Source of the DNA: Candidatus Latescibacterota bacterium
Lineage (GTDB): Bacteria; Latescibacterota; UBA2968; GCA-2709665
NCBI GenBank assembly: GCA_963667175.2
Contig: CAXXXF010000014.1
Span: 256,001 to 320,000 of the forward strand
Direction of reading: 5' to 3'
Length of the DNA: 64,000 nucleotides
Below are positions 1 through 9,868 of the stretch, piece by piece. Both the position numbers and the translations under genes were made by a program. A model generated the notes under the pieces. That model was not told where the DNA came from. It ran no database searches and saw only the letters and a program-made list of their open reading frames with translations. The stretch's first letter is position 1. Each line of letters opens with the position of its first letter.

Positions 1-733
1 CGAAAACGCCTTCGCATACCAGGCTGATGACCTGGGCTTCGAAGGCCTGCGACATTCCCGTGTGATCCTCGATATAGTAGGACGGCCAGCCGCTGGCGGT
101 AATGGGATTGCCGCCGCCGCCAAAGTGGATGCCTACCGGCAGGTCGGCGGCAGCCGCCGCGCGAAAGATGGGCCTGAATTCGCGTCGGCCGTAGGGGGCG
201 TATGAGCGCACGAGCAGCAGCACCTGTACGAAGCGACGGTCGACGGCGAGGCGCTCGATCTCGGCCGCGGCGGCCTCTGCGTCCTGGATATTGACGACGA
301 TGGAGCCGCGCCAGCGCCGGTCGGCGTCAAGCCATGCCTCCCGGGTCCATTCGTTGACCGCCCGCTGCAGCGCGTTGGCAAGGTCGATATTTCGCACGGA
401 CGACACCGCGACGAGCGGGTTGAGGACCGCATAGTCGATATCCCACGTGTCGAGCAGTTGCTCCCGGGCGAAATCGGCGTCTGTCCCCGGCTTTTTTCCG
501 TTTGACGGCCACGCGTCGCGCCGGGCGGCCTGGGCATAGAGCTTCGGATAGATTGAAACCGACGGGATCGTAAACCCGGACTGCTTCACGTACGCCTGCC
601 ACCGGCTCGACAGATGGGGCAGGAGTTCGTCGATGCAGTCGGGATAATTGTGGACGTCCGCGTCGATCAGGGTCACATCGGACTTTCGGCCGTTTGTCGC
701 CGGCGCCTCGGATTCCGCGGTTGTTCGTACCAT
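1..733 (-). CDS. Amidohydrolase family 2 protein (3' end runs off the window)
   Basis: Hand translation from ATG at 733: MVRTTAES...TLIDADVHNYP (metal-binding DxH motif), later PYGRREFRPIFRAA..DLPVGIHFGG..GWPSYYIEDH..ISLVCEGVF; in frame to base 2. Absent from the ORF track, presumably because it has no stop in the window. Confidence 0.85.
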   Translation of the reverse strand, partial: MVRTTAESEAPATNGRKSDVTLIDADVHNYPDCIDELLPHLSSRWQAYVKQSGFTIPSVSIYPKLYAQAARRDAWPSNGKKPGTDADFAREQLLDTWDIDYAVLNPLVAVSSVRNIDLANALQRAVNEWTREAWLDADRRWRGSIVVNIQDAEAAAAEIERLAVDRRFVQVLLLVRSYAPYGRREFRPIFRAAAAADLPVGIHFGGGGNPITASGWPSYYIEDHTGMSQAFEAQVISLVCEGVF

Positions 734-773
734 GGATCGTTCCTTTACGCAAACGAGCGATGAGCGAATCGTG

Positions 774-1715
774 TCAATTCCCCAACGGCTCCCACACGGC
801 GCCGAAGATGTGTCTCAATCGCGCCATGTCTTCGTCCGGCAGCGGCGGCCCGAGAATGGCCTTCACGTTGGCTTCCAGGTGTTCGACGTTCGCCGTGCCC
901 GTAAGCACCGTACCCATCGCCGGATGGGACGCCACGTATTTGTATGCGGCGGCCGGCAGCGAATTCACGTGTCCCTTGACGAGCCAGCCCAGCGGATCCT
1001 CGTCCGGCACCGAATCCCTCTTTATCAGCCCGTTCTCCTTCGCGTAGGCGATGCGCTCGGCCAACACCTCCGGCCTGCTCAGCGCCCGGCGTACGGCCAC
1101 CATACAGATCACGCCCACGTTCTTTTCCAGGCACATCGGCAGGACGCTGTGCTCCGCCGTGGGACTGATCATGTTGTACCCGACCATTGCCGTATCAAAA
1201 TGGTCGTCAGCCAGCGCCATTGGAAACATCTCGTGTCGGGGATCCTGTGAATACGTCTCCGATACGCCCAGAAAGCGGAATTTCCCCTGCTCCTGCAGGC
1301 GCGTCATCACCGGCAGAAAGATGTCGATCGTGCGGGCGTAATCTTCCGGCTTTACGCCGTGAAACTGCATGATGTCGATCACGTCCACCCTGAGCCGCGC
1401 AAGACTTCGCTCCACGGAGGCGACCACGTCTTCGGGCCTGGCGGTGCGGTCGTCCCGCGCCACCTGTACCTTTGTGGCCAGCACGTAGTCGTCCCGCGGC
1501 ACGGCCGCCAGCGCCCTGCCGAGAATGGCCTCGCTTTCCCCGTACCCCGCGGCGGTATCGAAGAAATTAACACCCAGTTCCAGCGCCCTGCGCACCATCC
1601 GGCCGGCATCGGCCTCCGGAACGCCGGAACTCTGTCCGAATTGACTCGGGCCGCCCGTTCCGATGCCCAGCGCGGAAACGCGAAGACCGGTTCGTCCAAG
1701 CGTGCCGTATTTCAT
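774..1715 (-). CDS. Aldo/keto reductase
   Basis: LGRTGLRVSALGIGT, GVNFFDTAAGYGESE, LATK, SLARLRVDVIDIMQFH and GKFRFLGVS motifs. Confidence 0.92.
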   Translation of the reverse strand: MKYGTLGRTGLRVSALGIGTGGPSQFGQSSGVPEADAGRMVRRALELGVNFFDTAAGYGESEAILGRALAAVPRDDYVLATKVQVARDDRTARPEDVVASVERSLARLRVDVIDIMQFHGVKPEDYARTIDIFLPVMTRLQEQGKFRFLGVSETYSQDPRHEMFPMALADDHFDTAMVGYNMISPTAEHSVLPMCLEKNVGVICMVAVRRALSRPEVLAERIAYAKENGLIKRDSVPDEDPLGWLVKGHVNSLPAAAYKYVASHPAMGTVLTGTANVEHLEANVKAILGPPLPDEDMARLRHIFGAVWEPLGN

Positions 1716-2150
1716 ACAGGTATCCCCCGGAATTCGCGCTTTTTATGGCTATTGTCCCACTGTGCCGGTTTGCCGCGAAAAAACACAGGCCACAAAGGGC
1801 ACCAACACACAAGAGTTCACACCTGTCCAGGTTCGTCTTCTCCGAATTATGCTGGACGGCAGTGACTATTTATCAAATATGGCGCCAACCGTCAAGCGCT
1901 TCGGCAAGCGACGACTGACTGATTCCCGGCGCTGACCCCGGTTTCCGAGCCCCCGGGCCCTGCCGTCCCGGCGGTCCAAATTACGCTTGCGGATTCACCT
2001 CGCTTTCGAAATACTGATGTGCCGGTCATCGGTACCTCTTCGATGCCCGCGCGTGCGCAAACGGCGCCTCTGACAACTTCCCGCGCGTGGATGATCTCCT
2101 GCACGAAAGGGAACATCCGCGTTGGGTGTCACAGATAACAAGGAGCGCAA

Positions 2151-5100
2151 GTGAATCTCTACACACCGGAACAGATCCGACTCGCCCGGCAACGCGCGGC
2201 GGCTGACCCCGACGCGGAAAAAGTCGCCGGGCGTATCATTGAAGACGCGAATCCGTGGCTGGAGCGGGACCAGGACTTCATCCGTACGCTGATGCCCGGA
2301 CCCGAAATACCGCGGAGCTGGACGATCAACTTCGTCAGCGGGTGTCCCGTCCACGGCAGCGGACCCGACGGTTACGGCGGGTATGCGCAGGGCGGGTGGA
2401 TACACGACCCCTTCACCGACAAATGGCGCGTGACATGCGCCGTGGGCGGCGAGTCCTATCCCAGCAACGACTTCGAGGCGTTCTACCAAAGCGGCATGGA
2501 AGACCGGAGCCTGCTCACCGGACCCTACGCGGACGACGGATGGGGCTGGCGGGGCGAAAACGCGCCCTTTCGGCACTGGTTCATCGCCTATTGCTGTTGC
2601 AGTACGTGGAACGCCGTCGTCGCCGGCCTCACCTCACTCTCGCAGGCTTATCTGCTCAGCGGCGACTGCCGGTACGCCCACAAAGCGCTCGTCATTCTGG
2701 ACCGACTTGCCGAGGTCTATCCGCACATGGACTACAGCAGGCAATCCATGTACGCGCTGGAGTTCTCGCCGGGCTATACGGGGAAGATGAACGACCTTAT
2801 TTCCGAATCGGGCACCGTGCGCCGGCTGTGCCACGCCCTGGATGCCGTCCGCGGCGCCATCCCGTACGACCCCGTCTTCAGTTCGGACGCGGACGGACTC
2901 CGCCGAAAAATCGAGGCCGGCATTATCGGCGCGAGCCTCGAAGGTATCTACCGGGGCGACGTCCGAAGCAACTACGGCGGCCACCAGGAAGCCCTGTTGA
3001 TCGCGGCACTCGCCTCGGGAGACCGGAATGAAATCGAAAAAGCCGTCGACTGGACGATGAACAACACCGGTGAAGCCACGGAACTCAAGGAAATGCTCAC
3101 CCATTTCGACGGGTACATCTTTCGCGACAAGGCCGCGCACGCGGAAGGGATCAACTTCGCGCTGGACAACCTGATCTTCCGTGAGGGCATGGGCTGGGAG
3201 AGTTCCCCGAGCTACAACAGCAGCTGGGTCGCGCACCTTACCGTGATCGCCCGCCTGCTGGAAGACCAGGGCATTCGGCTCTGGGACAGGCCGAAGTTCA
3301 GGCGCATGTACCGCTGGGCGGCGGAAATGACCTGCCTCGACCGCTTCACCCCGTGCATTGGCGACGCCGGCGCCACGACGGGCGGCTACGTCGCCCCTGG
3401 AAGCGATACCCTGCAGGAGGCGTACAGAGCCACGGGAGACCCTTTCGTCGGCGAACTGGTGCGAAGGGAGAAAACCGGCTTCAACAGCTTCGAATCGCTG
3501 CTGGAAGAACCTGTTGAACCTTCACCGAACGCCGACGGCGCCGCTGCACTCAGAGAAATAAATGCCGGAAGCCGTCTCATGGGAGGTTTCGGCCTGGCCC
3601 TGCTGCGGTCCGGGCGAGGCCGTGAACGAACCGCTGTTGCGCTGTACTACGGAAGGGCGGCCACCGAGCACGCGCATTTCGACCGTCTCAACGTCGAACT
3701 CTTCGCGTACGGCCGAAAGCTCATCCCCGACCTCGGTTACGGCGAACACGCCGCCGAGGGCGACCGACCCGCGGTATGGACCAAGAACACCCTGGCCCAC
3801 GCAACGGTCGTCGTGGACGGCCGGCGGCAGGATACACAGGGGCCAGGCAGGCTGGAGCAATTCGTGAGGGCGGGAGACCTGACCTGGGTGCAGGTCGACG
3901 CACCGGAAACCTATCACCATACGTCCGAGTACCGGCGGACGCTCGCGCTCATCGAAGTCGGGAAGGACGCCCGCTACGTCCTCGACGCCTTCCGGGTGGC
4001 GGGCGGGACGCGGCACGACTACAGCCTGCACGGATTCGAGGGCGAGTTCGCGGCGGACGATGTCGCGCTCACCCCTCCGCAGCAGCAGGGCACACTGGCA
4101 GGTCCGGAAGTGCCCTACGGCGCCATATATGACGACGACGGCCTTACCGACCCGCTGAAGAAGGGCCGCTCGTATTATACCTACCGGGGCGGCGGATACT
4201 CGTATCTGTACGATGCGCAACGCGGTCATCCGATCGCGGCGTGGTCCTCGACGTGGCGCGACCCGAAGACCGGCATCGGCCTGAGTACGACGTTCCTGCC
4301 CTCCGAAGAAGCGATCGTCGCCCACGGTGACCCACCCAGAAAACCGGGCAATCCGAAGCAACTCACCTGGGTGCTGCTGCGCAACGAAGGGCAAGGCGCG
4401 GTCAGCCGCTTTGTGGCTGTACACGAACCCTTTAGAGGCGAAAAGAAAATCCAGGGCGTCGAACAACTGGATGCCGGCGGCGATACCCTCGCGCTGAAGG
4501 TAAGACATCGAACCGGCGAAGATACGGTCCGCCACGCCCCCGGCCCGTCCGGCGGCAGCTTCAGTCTGGCCCGTCACGACACCGAGGGAAGGCTGGTTTC
4601 CCTGCACCAGTCAGGCTCCGGATGCATCAGTGCCGGTGGGCATTCCCTCTCCATTGAAAAGCCTGTGCAGGGAAAAGTCGTGGAAATCGATCCGGGGTCT
4701 TCCTCGATTACCGTAGAACGCGCCCCCGGGAGCCAGGCCTTTCGCGCAGCGGGTCTCAGGGGTGAGGTCGCTCGCATCGGGAACCCCCGCCGCGCCACCG
4801 CCTACAATATCACGGCCGTGGAAGGCAAGGGGCGGCGTTATCGCATCCGGTTCGGCGACGACAGTTTCCGAATCGGCCGGTTCGAGATTACCGGGCGCAA
4901 CCCCGATGGATCAGGCCTGTCCACCAAAACGAACCTGTATATGGCGGCGCAGGGATATTATCGCGGCGCCTGGCTCACGGACAAGGACCACGCGGTCTGG
5001 CTGCCCGTTGACGACGTTACGCTCGCGCCTCACAGCCCCGGCGTGCGGCGCGATGCCGGCATCCGGCTGGTGGGCAGACACCTGTCTGCCGCGCCGGGCG

Positions 5101-5303
5101 CCTGTCTGCGTGCGGGCGACAGCACGCACAGGCAGGCGGCACAGGCAGACGACCTCGCCGCGAGGTTCAACGTCGGCGAGATTGCCTATCTTTACGACGT
5201 CGGGCCGGGAGACACGGTAGCGGTCACGCCGACGGCCACGGCCACCAGGCAAAGGGACGGGCGATTCCGAATCCGGTCCAACTGCAGGGCGACCCTGGAC
5301 TGA
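2151..5303 (+). CDS. Heparinase II/III-like polysaccharide lyase family protein (1050 aa)
   Basis: WESSPSYN, HAHFDRLNVELFAYGRKLIPDLGY and NTLAHATVVVDG motifs; AAGGAG RBS before the GTG start. Confidence 0.8.
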   Translation: MNLYTPEQIRLARQRAAADPDAEKVAGRIIEDANPWLERDQDFIRTLMPGPEIPRSWTINFVSGCPVHGSGPDGYGGYAQGGWIHDPFTDKWRVTCAVGGESYPSNDFEAFYQSGMEDRSLLTGPYADDGWGWRGENAPFRHWFIAYCCCSTWNAVVAGLTSLSQAYLLSGDCRYAHKALVILDRLAEVYPHMDYSRQSMYALEFSPGYTGKMNDLISESGTVRRLCHALDAVRGAIPYDPVFSSDADGLRRKIEAGIIGASLEGIYRGDVRSNYGGHQEALLIAALASGDRNEIEKAVDWTMNNTGEATELKEMLTHFDGYIFRDKAAHAEGINFALDNLIFREGMGWESSPSYNSSWVAHLTVIARLLEDQGIRLWDRPKFRRMYRWAAEMTCLDRFTPCIGDAGATTGGYVAPGSDTLQEAYRATGDPFVGELVRREKTGFNSFESLLEEPVEPSPNADGAAALREINAGSRLMGGFGLALLRSGRGRERTAVALYYGRAATEHAHFDRLNVELFAYGRKLIPDLGYGEHAAEGDRPAVWTKNTLAHATVVVDGRRQDTQGPGRLEQFVRAGDLTWVQVDAPETYHHTSEYRRTLALIEVGKDARYVLDAFRVAGGTRHDYSLHGFEGEFAADDVALTPPQQQGTLAGPEVPYGAIYDDDGLTDPLKKGRSYYTYRGGGYSYLYDAQRGHPIAAWSSTWRDPKTGIGLSTTFLPSEEAIVAHGDPPRKPGNPKQLTWVLLRNEGQGAVSRFVAVHEPFRGEKKIQGVEQLDAGGDTLALKVRHRTGEDTVRHAPGPSGGSFSLARHDTEGRLVSLHQSGSGCISAGGHSLSIEKPVQGKVVEIDPGSSSITVERAPGSQAFRAAGLRGEVARIGNPRRATAYNITAVEGKGRRYRIRFGDDSFRIGRFEITGRNPDGSGLSTKTNLYMAAQGYYRGAWLTDKDHAVWLPVDDVTLAPHSPGVRRDAGIRLVGRHLSAAPGACLRAGDSTHRQAAQADDLAARFNVGEIAYLYDVGPGDTVAVTPTATATRQRDGRFRIRSNCRATLD
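5082..5150. repeat. Nested CTG...CAG palindromic micro-elements inserted in frame (23 aa) in the heparinase-like gene
   Basis: AC|CTGTCTGCCGCGCCGGGC GC|CTGTCTGCGTGCGGGCGACAGCACGCACAGGCAG|GC GGCACAGGCAG|AC; encodes LSAAPGACLRAGDSTHRQAAQAD. Confidence 0.8.
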
Positions 5304-5340
5304 AAATCCGCCTGCAGTCGTCTCGACAGTGGTCTTTCCG

Positions 5341-5425
5341 TTCTGTGCATTTTGTGCTTTTTGTGGCGATTGTTCGTATTGACCGGCAAATGCAATAGCC
5401 ACAAGAGGCACAAAAACACAAAAAA
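5341..5425. repeat. Inverted pair of short tandem repeats (TTTGTG.. / ..CACAAA), REP-like
   Basis: TTTTGTGCTTTTTGTGGC versus GCCACAAGAGGCACAAAAACACAAAA; related sequences near 1740-1812 and 26457-26571. Confidence 0.6.
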
Positions 5426-5534
5426 GACCACACCTGTGTGAAGTCGTCTTATCCGTGATTATGGTCATCAGTGAAGGGAATTATAACCCAAAGTCACATT
5501 ACTTCGTCAATACCCGAAAGTTCGAAATATATAC

Positions 5535-5563
5535 TTGACAAGACATACAATCTCCGGTACTTT
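5535..5563 (+). promoter_or_regulatory. Sigma70-type promoter of the passenger gene
   Basis: TTGACA-17 bp-TACTTT, then a GGAGG RBS near 5580. Confidence 0.55.
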
Positions 5564-5592
5564 TCCAGTATACAAAACCGGAGGTTGCCTTG

Positions 5593-5835
5593 ATGAATAC
5601 GAAGTCGATTTTCAACGCCGACAACTTCCGCATGGCTATCTTCCTGCTTACCCTGATAGGTTCGACATGGGGTACGATGTGGACTTTTTCCTCAAGGCTC
5701 GAAGACAAACTCACGAGACGAATTGACAGATTGGAAGACAAGATAGACACGAGGTTTGATAAGATCGAAACCCGCCTCAATTCCTTTGGTGAACGTATTG
5801 CCAGAAATGAAACACGTTTGGACGCCTTGAAATAG
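5593..5835 (+). CDS. Small membrane-anchored coiled-coil protein (DUF1640/CCDC90-like)
   Basis: Hydrophobic segment MAIFLLTLIGSTWGTMW followed by heptads RIDRLEDKIDTRFDKIETRL; has an RBS and promoter. Confidence 0.65.
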   Translation: MNTKSIFNADNFRMAIFLLTLIGSTWGTMWTFSSRLEDKLTRRIDRLEDKIDTRFDKIETRLNSFGERIARNETRLDALK

Positions 5836-6042
5836 ACCCCCGCCTTACCACCTGCCATCCTTCAAGCCATACCGAAAATTCCCTATCGCTTTTTCCTGTT
5901 CCGATCCACGGTGTTCAATTCCATGTCCATAACCACCTCCCGCGCCAACTTTTGCGTGGTGTCAATGCTCACCTCTACTTCCATCTCCGGCTTCGGGGGA
6001 CCGTACCCCTGACACCCCGTTGATAAAGTCCATCCGGGCTGC

Positions 6043-6103
6043 CTGTCTGTGCGTGTCCGCCTGCCTGCGCAGTGCCCTGCGCTGCAGGCAGGCACGCAGA
6101 CAG
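6043..6103. repeat. Doubly nested CTG...CAG micro-elements
   Basis: GC|CTGTCTGTGCGTGTCC GC|CTGCCTGCGCAGTGCCCTGCGCTGCAGGCAG|GC ACGCAGACAG|GC; the inner 31-mer is the exact reverse complement of 26490-26520. Confidence 0.8.
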
Positions 6104-6201
6104 GCGCGTTTTGTCTTCGACCACAATAGATCGGCCTCGCCTGCAGAGCGACTTTTCAACGGACTGCGAAGCCAAATATGACTTTGGGTTACCTACTAAA
6201 T

Positions 6202-6234
6202 AAAGGGCGGCCGGGTTCTCCCGGTCGCCCTTTT
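6202..6234. terminator. Probable intrinsic (bidirectional) terminator
   Basis: AAAGGGCGGCCGGG-TTCT-CCCGGTCGCCCTTTT hairpin just downstream of the 6257-7075 gene. Confidence 0.65.
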
Positions 6235-6256
6235 CGTTTGCGCGTTTGAATGTCCG

Positions 6257-7075
6257 CTAACCTGAACCGCGCAACGCGGTGAAGAACCGAACGTCGGCCC
6301 TGGCCAGGTCGATGACCGTGTCCACCGGCTCCCCGCTGTACTCGCTGTGGAAGCTCAGGGGTCCGTCGAAGTTCACCGCCCGGAACGCGCGCAACAAGGC
6401 AGGCCAATCTCCGAACCCCTCGCCCAGCCGCACCACCCGCGCGCGCCAGCTCAATTTGCCGTTCTGCAGCAGCGGCTGGCGGATCAGGTCCTTGAGCGCC
6501 ACAACGGACAGATGCGACCTGACGATGTTCAGCGCCAGTTCGATCGGCTCTCCGCAGACGGAAAGATGCCCGGGGTCGGCAAACACGCCGATATGCCGCG
6601 GATCGAATCCCTTTACCGCGTTCATGGCCGCGCACGAGTTCAGGCCCATTGACAACCCCGAGTGATTGTGCACCACGGTCTGGACCCCGTGTCTCTCGGA
6701 GAGGGTCTGAAAGCCTTCGAGATGCTCCCGGACCGCGTCCAGTTCTTCCCAATAGTCCATCCCCGCGGACCAGTGCCAGTATCCCAGCTTGACGTGATTC
6801 ACGCCCGCTTCGCCACAGGCCGCGTACAGGCGCTCCGCGTAATCCATCTCCGGCCTGGTAAAGTCGCCCGGCGTGGTGACCAGGGGAATGGAAAGCCCTT
6901 CATCGGCAAACCGCCTGGCGGCGTCGGGCAGCGCGGTTTCCACGTTCTCCGGATGTACCGGATAGCCCGGGCGCACGCACAGGTCGGCGCCCTCTACGCC
7001 GACCGATTTCAACGCGCCGATGATGCCGGACACGTCCAGGCCCTCCAGGTGTTTCGTAAACATGATGGTTTTCAT
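6257..7075 (-). CDS. Sugar phosphate isomerase/epimerase (xylose-isomerase-like TIM barrel)
   Basis: GVEGADLCVRPGYPV, VVHNHSG, FADPGHL, VALKD and FDGPLSFHSEY motifs. Confidence 0.85.
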   Translation of the reverse strand: MKTIMFTKHLEGLDVSGIIGALKSVGVEGADLCVRPGYPVHPENVETALPDAARRFADEGLSIPLVTTPGDFTRPEMDYAERLYAACGEAGVNHVKLGYWHWSAGMDYWEELDAVREHLEGFQTLSERHGVQTVVHNHSGLSMGLNSCAAMNAVKGFDPRHIGVFADPGHLSVCGEPIELALNIVRSHLSVVALKDLIRQPLLQNGKLSWRARVVRLGEGFGDWPALLRAFRAVNFDGPLSFHSEYSGEPVDTVIDLARADVRFFTALRGSG

Positions 7076-7124
7076 TGGGTTTCTCCATCGGTATGCGACG
7101 GGCTTCTCTTATTCAGAAACCGAT

Positions 7125-7157
7125 CAGGATTTTCAGGATTAACAGGATGGACAGGAT
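7125..7157. repeat. CAGGAT repeat with 9-bp period (REP-like family)
   Basis: Four CAGGAT units at 7125, 7134, 7143 and 7152; the same family forms the intron target at 20526-20550. Confidence 0.6.
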
Positions 7158-7507
7158 AAGAACGAAAAAAACACGAGAAAGGCACGAGAAAACGAGGAAC
7201 GGCAGTGAATCGATTCACCACAGACCGCGCGTGGTCAATCCGGCCAACCTGACACCCCAACACTGCGCCGGCCAGCTCGATTCCAAATTCTTGAAGGTCT
7301 TCGTTACATTCTCCGCTAATGTTATTAAAAATTAGGGGCTTATATACTTAACTTGACAGCGTGATTTTGGGGTAAATCATTACGGAATTAATAGATAGGA
7401 GGTCGTCCTGACGGTGTTTTGGTGGCAAGGGGGGGTTCATCTGGAACCTGAATCACAGGAGGAGACTGAGGCGTTGTATCTATTGACTCATACGCTTTTT
7501 CAAGAAT

Positions 7508-7756
7508 TTAAAGGTCGTCGATCCTCGTGAGGGTTCTGTAGCTATTGACATCATTGAATCGGGCGATAAGTAGTCTGTCGTTCAGATCGATACAGTCGTC
7601 TATCATTCCTCTCAGTTTTTCAACGGTAGTTCCATATCGCTCGATTACCCAGACGGTTCTAAGAACCTTGACAGCCCCCAACCCCTCGAGCCGTTCATTT
7701 ATCCTATCGTGGTTTTGTCCAGGTTTCATCAGGTCGTAGCTGATTAGATATTTCAT
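7508..7756 (-). CDS. Small Cas2/VapD-like ferredoxin-fold protein
   Basis: MKYLISYDLMKPGQNHDRINERL...VLRTVWVI...DLNDRLLIA pattern; no CRISPR context. Confidence 0.6.
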   Translation of the reverse strand: MKYLISYDLMKPGQNHDRINERLEGLGAVKVLRTVWVIERYGTTVEKLRGMIDDCIDLNDRLLIARFNDVNSYRTLTRIDDL

Positions 7757-7759
7757 GTT

Positions 7760-8143
7760 CTATCCCTTTGATTGTTGAAGATCTCGTCGAAGTCCGCGAA
7801 GTTCCGTCAATACTTCTCCGAGTTCCGTTGGAGGGTCTTGGTCGTGAAGGAATTTTCGAAAAACAGATAGAAGATATTTTCGGTCGAATACGATCACTAG
7901 CTGTCGCCGATGACCATCATGGGACTGAGCATACGACTCATGAAATGGGATCATTTGTGGGCGTCCGTGGGAGTCCGGTTTTTCCTTATAGTGGGTGCAG
8001 TCTATCGTTAGGTGGAGATATTGAGGTGCTCCTAGAACCTCCTCAATGCGAATCGACTCTGAAAGCTGAACCGACGGCGTTTTTCCGAACCATTCTTGAG
8101 TGGGTTGTGCGAGTAAGGTGATGTGAGTAATGAGATCGTTCAT
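7760..8143 (-). CDS. Hypothetical protein
   Basis: ORF with GGAGG RBS before ATG 8143; ends 3 bp before the start of the 7508-7756 gene. Confidence 0.55.
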   Translation of the reverse strand: MNDLITHITLLAQPTQEWFGKTPSVQLSESIRIEEVLGAPQYLHLTIDCTHYKEKPDSHGRPQMIPFHESYAQSHDGHRRQLVIVFDRKYLLSVFRKFLHDQDPPTELGEVLTELRGLRRDLQQSKG

Positions 8144-8494
8144 TGTAAACCTCCTTCGGGAAGTTATGTATGTAATCGACCCATGAATATGGCAAAAATA
8201 CCTCAAACACACAACCTGAAATCCTCGCGAGCAAAACTAGGCATTTAGCTTGACTTCATTGTTGTTATTCTGTATCTTATTGGTGTACAATAATTTAGGA
8301 ATGTCGGGAGAAATGGAAGACCCTCGCAGTTTGGTAGACCGGTCATGAGGTGAACCGTCGAGACGTCTCCAGCCGTCTCTCGGACCTCTCCCATTGTCTT
8401 TATGGATCGAAATATTACATAATTAGTAGATAGGAGGTTGGAATGAAGAAGAAGGCGAAAGAGAGGATCACGATCATTATACGGGAACCGGGGT

Positions 8495-8707
8495 CTAAGA
8501 AGAGTCGGCCCTTATCTCTTCGATCATCTCCTGTAAACGAGAGATCAACTGAGACTTGGCGTACTTCCGGGCATCATCGAGAGACTCAACGCCCTCAATG
8601 TCCTCAATCTCATAGATAATCTGGATGTCCAGATCTTTCTTGAAGACGACATCAAATTGGATTCGGTATTTGTTGTCGTCTACCTCGTTTGCCAAGATGT
8701 AGAGCAT
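8495..8707 (-). CDS. Small acidic hypothetical protein
   Basis: 70-aa ORF with AGGAGG RBS. Confidence 0.5.
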   Translation of the reverse strand: MLYILANEVDDNKYRIQFDVVFKKDLDIQIIYEIEDIEGVESLDDARKYAKSQLISRLQEMIEEIRADSS

Positions 8708-9070
8708 TCTATCCTCCTACGGTTTGAGTGTGACGGACTAAAAACTAGGCATTTTAATTAACGTAGTCGTCTGGAGAGGAAGAGTCCTCCGGTGACGAAA
8801 TGCAGTGCGCGTCCCGATTTGGATGTTTCTTCATCGCCGAAAAAGACCATGAGTAGGACGGCGATTATCCAGATGATCAGGGTGAAGTCATTGCTGATTG
8901 AGGTTCGGAGTCCTTCTGAGGATGGAGGAGAAGATCTCTGACGAATTCATGGTTGCTCCTTGGACTGGAATAAAAAACCCTGACGCAGTCGTCAGGGTTT
9001 GCTATTGTGGAGAAAAAGGGAAAGCGGTATTTTGCTTTCAAACAATCTCAAAAGCTGTTCGAGGCAATAT

Positions 9071-9571
9071 ATGGAAAAAGATACGCTTGACCTATCCTAT
9101 GACATTGCGATTCGGGCTTATGAGACAGCTAGGGCTCGGTTGGACGAGGTAAATCGGTTTTTCAATATCGTAGCTTCCACTTCTCTGTCGTTGGCCCTTT
9201 CGGTACCCATTTTGGTAAGAGTTTTAAACATCGAGAAGTTCACATGGTGGTTTTTCTTCGCCCTGTGTCTATTTGTAGTGACGTATGGGTTGTGTGCCAT
9301 CGGCAGGCTATGGGGTCATCTCATTTTTCTGCATCCAGGACTCATCCATGAGAATTACCAAGACATGGATGATGTGTCGTTTAAGCGGGAGATCCTTTAC
9401 TGGTCTGGCGACCATTGTGGCAAAAACCTGAACCTCATAGAGAGCAAATGGAGGATGGCCGTAGGGGCAATGGTAACACTCGGCTGTCAGGCTATTTGTT
9501 CGGTTTTTTGGGTCCTTGACCTCGATCTGTTCCTCTTGGTGGAGCTGATGGTTGTCTTCCGACTACTTTAG
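9071..9571 (+). CDS. Hypothetical membrane protein (about 3 TM segments)
   Basis: Hydrophobic segments FNIVASTSLSLALSVPILV, WWFFFALCLFVVTYGLCAIG and AVGAMVTLGCQAICSVFWVL; GAGG RBS. Confidence 0.6.
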   Translation: MEKDTLDLSYDIAIRAYETARARLDEVNRFFNIVASTSLSLALSVPILVRVLNIEKFTWWFFFALCLFVVTYGLCAIGRLWGHLIFLHPGLIHENYQDMDDVSFKREILYWSGDHCGKNLNLIESKWRMAVGAMVTLGCQAICSVFWVLDLDLFLLVELMVVFRLL

Positions 9572-9868
9572 GATCTACACTTTCGGTATAATCTCTTGAT
9601 CTTACCTGTGCTCCCGGGTCCGGTTTATTTCCGTTCCCATTTTTCTTTTCGTCCTCTGACATTGCAAGAGCCTCCGGCGATTGTGGGATGGTCTACCTCT
9701 GACTTTCATGGTAATGTGTTTTTCTCTTTTTGTCAATGGTTTTTGGGCCGAAAAGGGATAGGTTGTGCCGTCTCTCCGCAAGACTACGTATTTAACTTGA
9801 CTTCGTCGTTGTTCTTCTGTATCTTATTGGTGTGCAACAGGTTAGGGGCCGATAGGATGGTGGAGAAC

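Larger units (their letters stand above)
5484..6191. mobile_element. Non-autonomous IS1595-like cassette with one passenger gene
   Basis: 17-bp inverted repeats with one mismatch: TAACCCAAAGTCACATT (5484-5500) and AATATGACTTTGGGTTA (6175-6191). Minus-strand remnant peptides MDFINGVSGVR and MEVEVSIDTTQKLAREVV resemble the 3' region of IS1595-type elements. Confidence 0.6.

Noticed and set aside
7508-7756. Cas2-like gene as evidence of a CRISPR-Cas locus
   Set aside because: No cas1 or other cas genes and no repeat-spacer array were seen in the window; standalone Cas2/VapD-like proteins are common mobile cargo.
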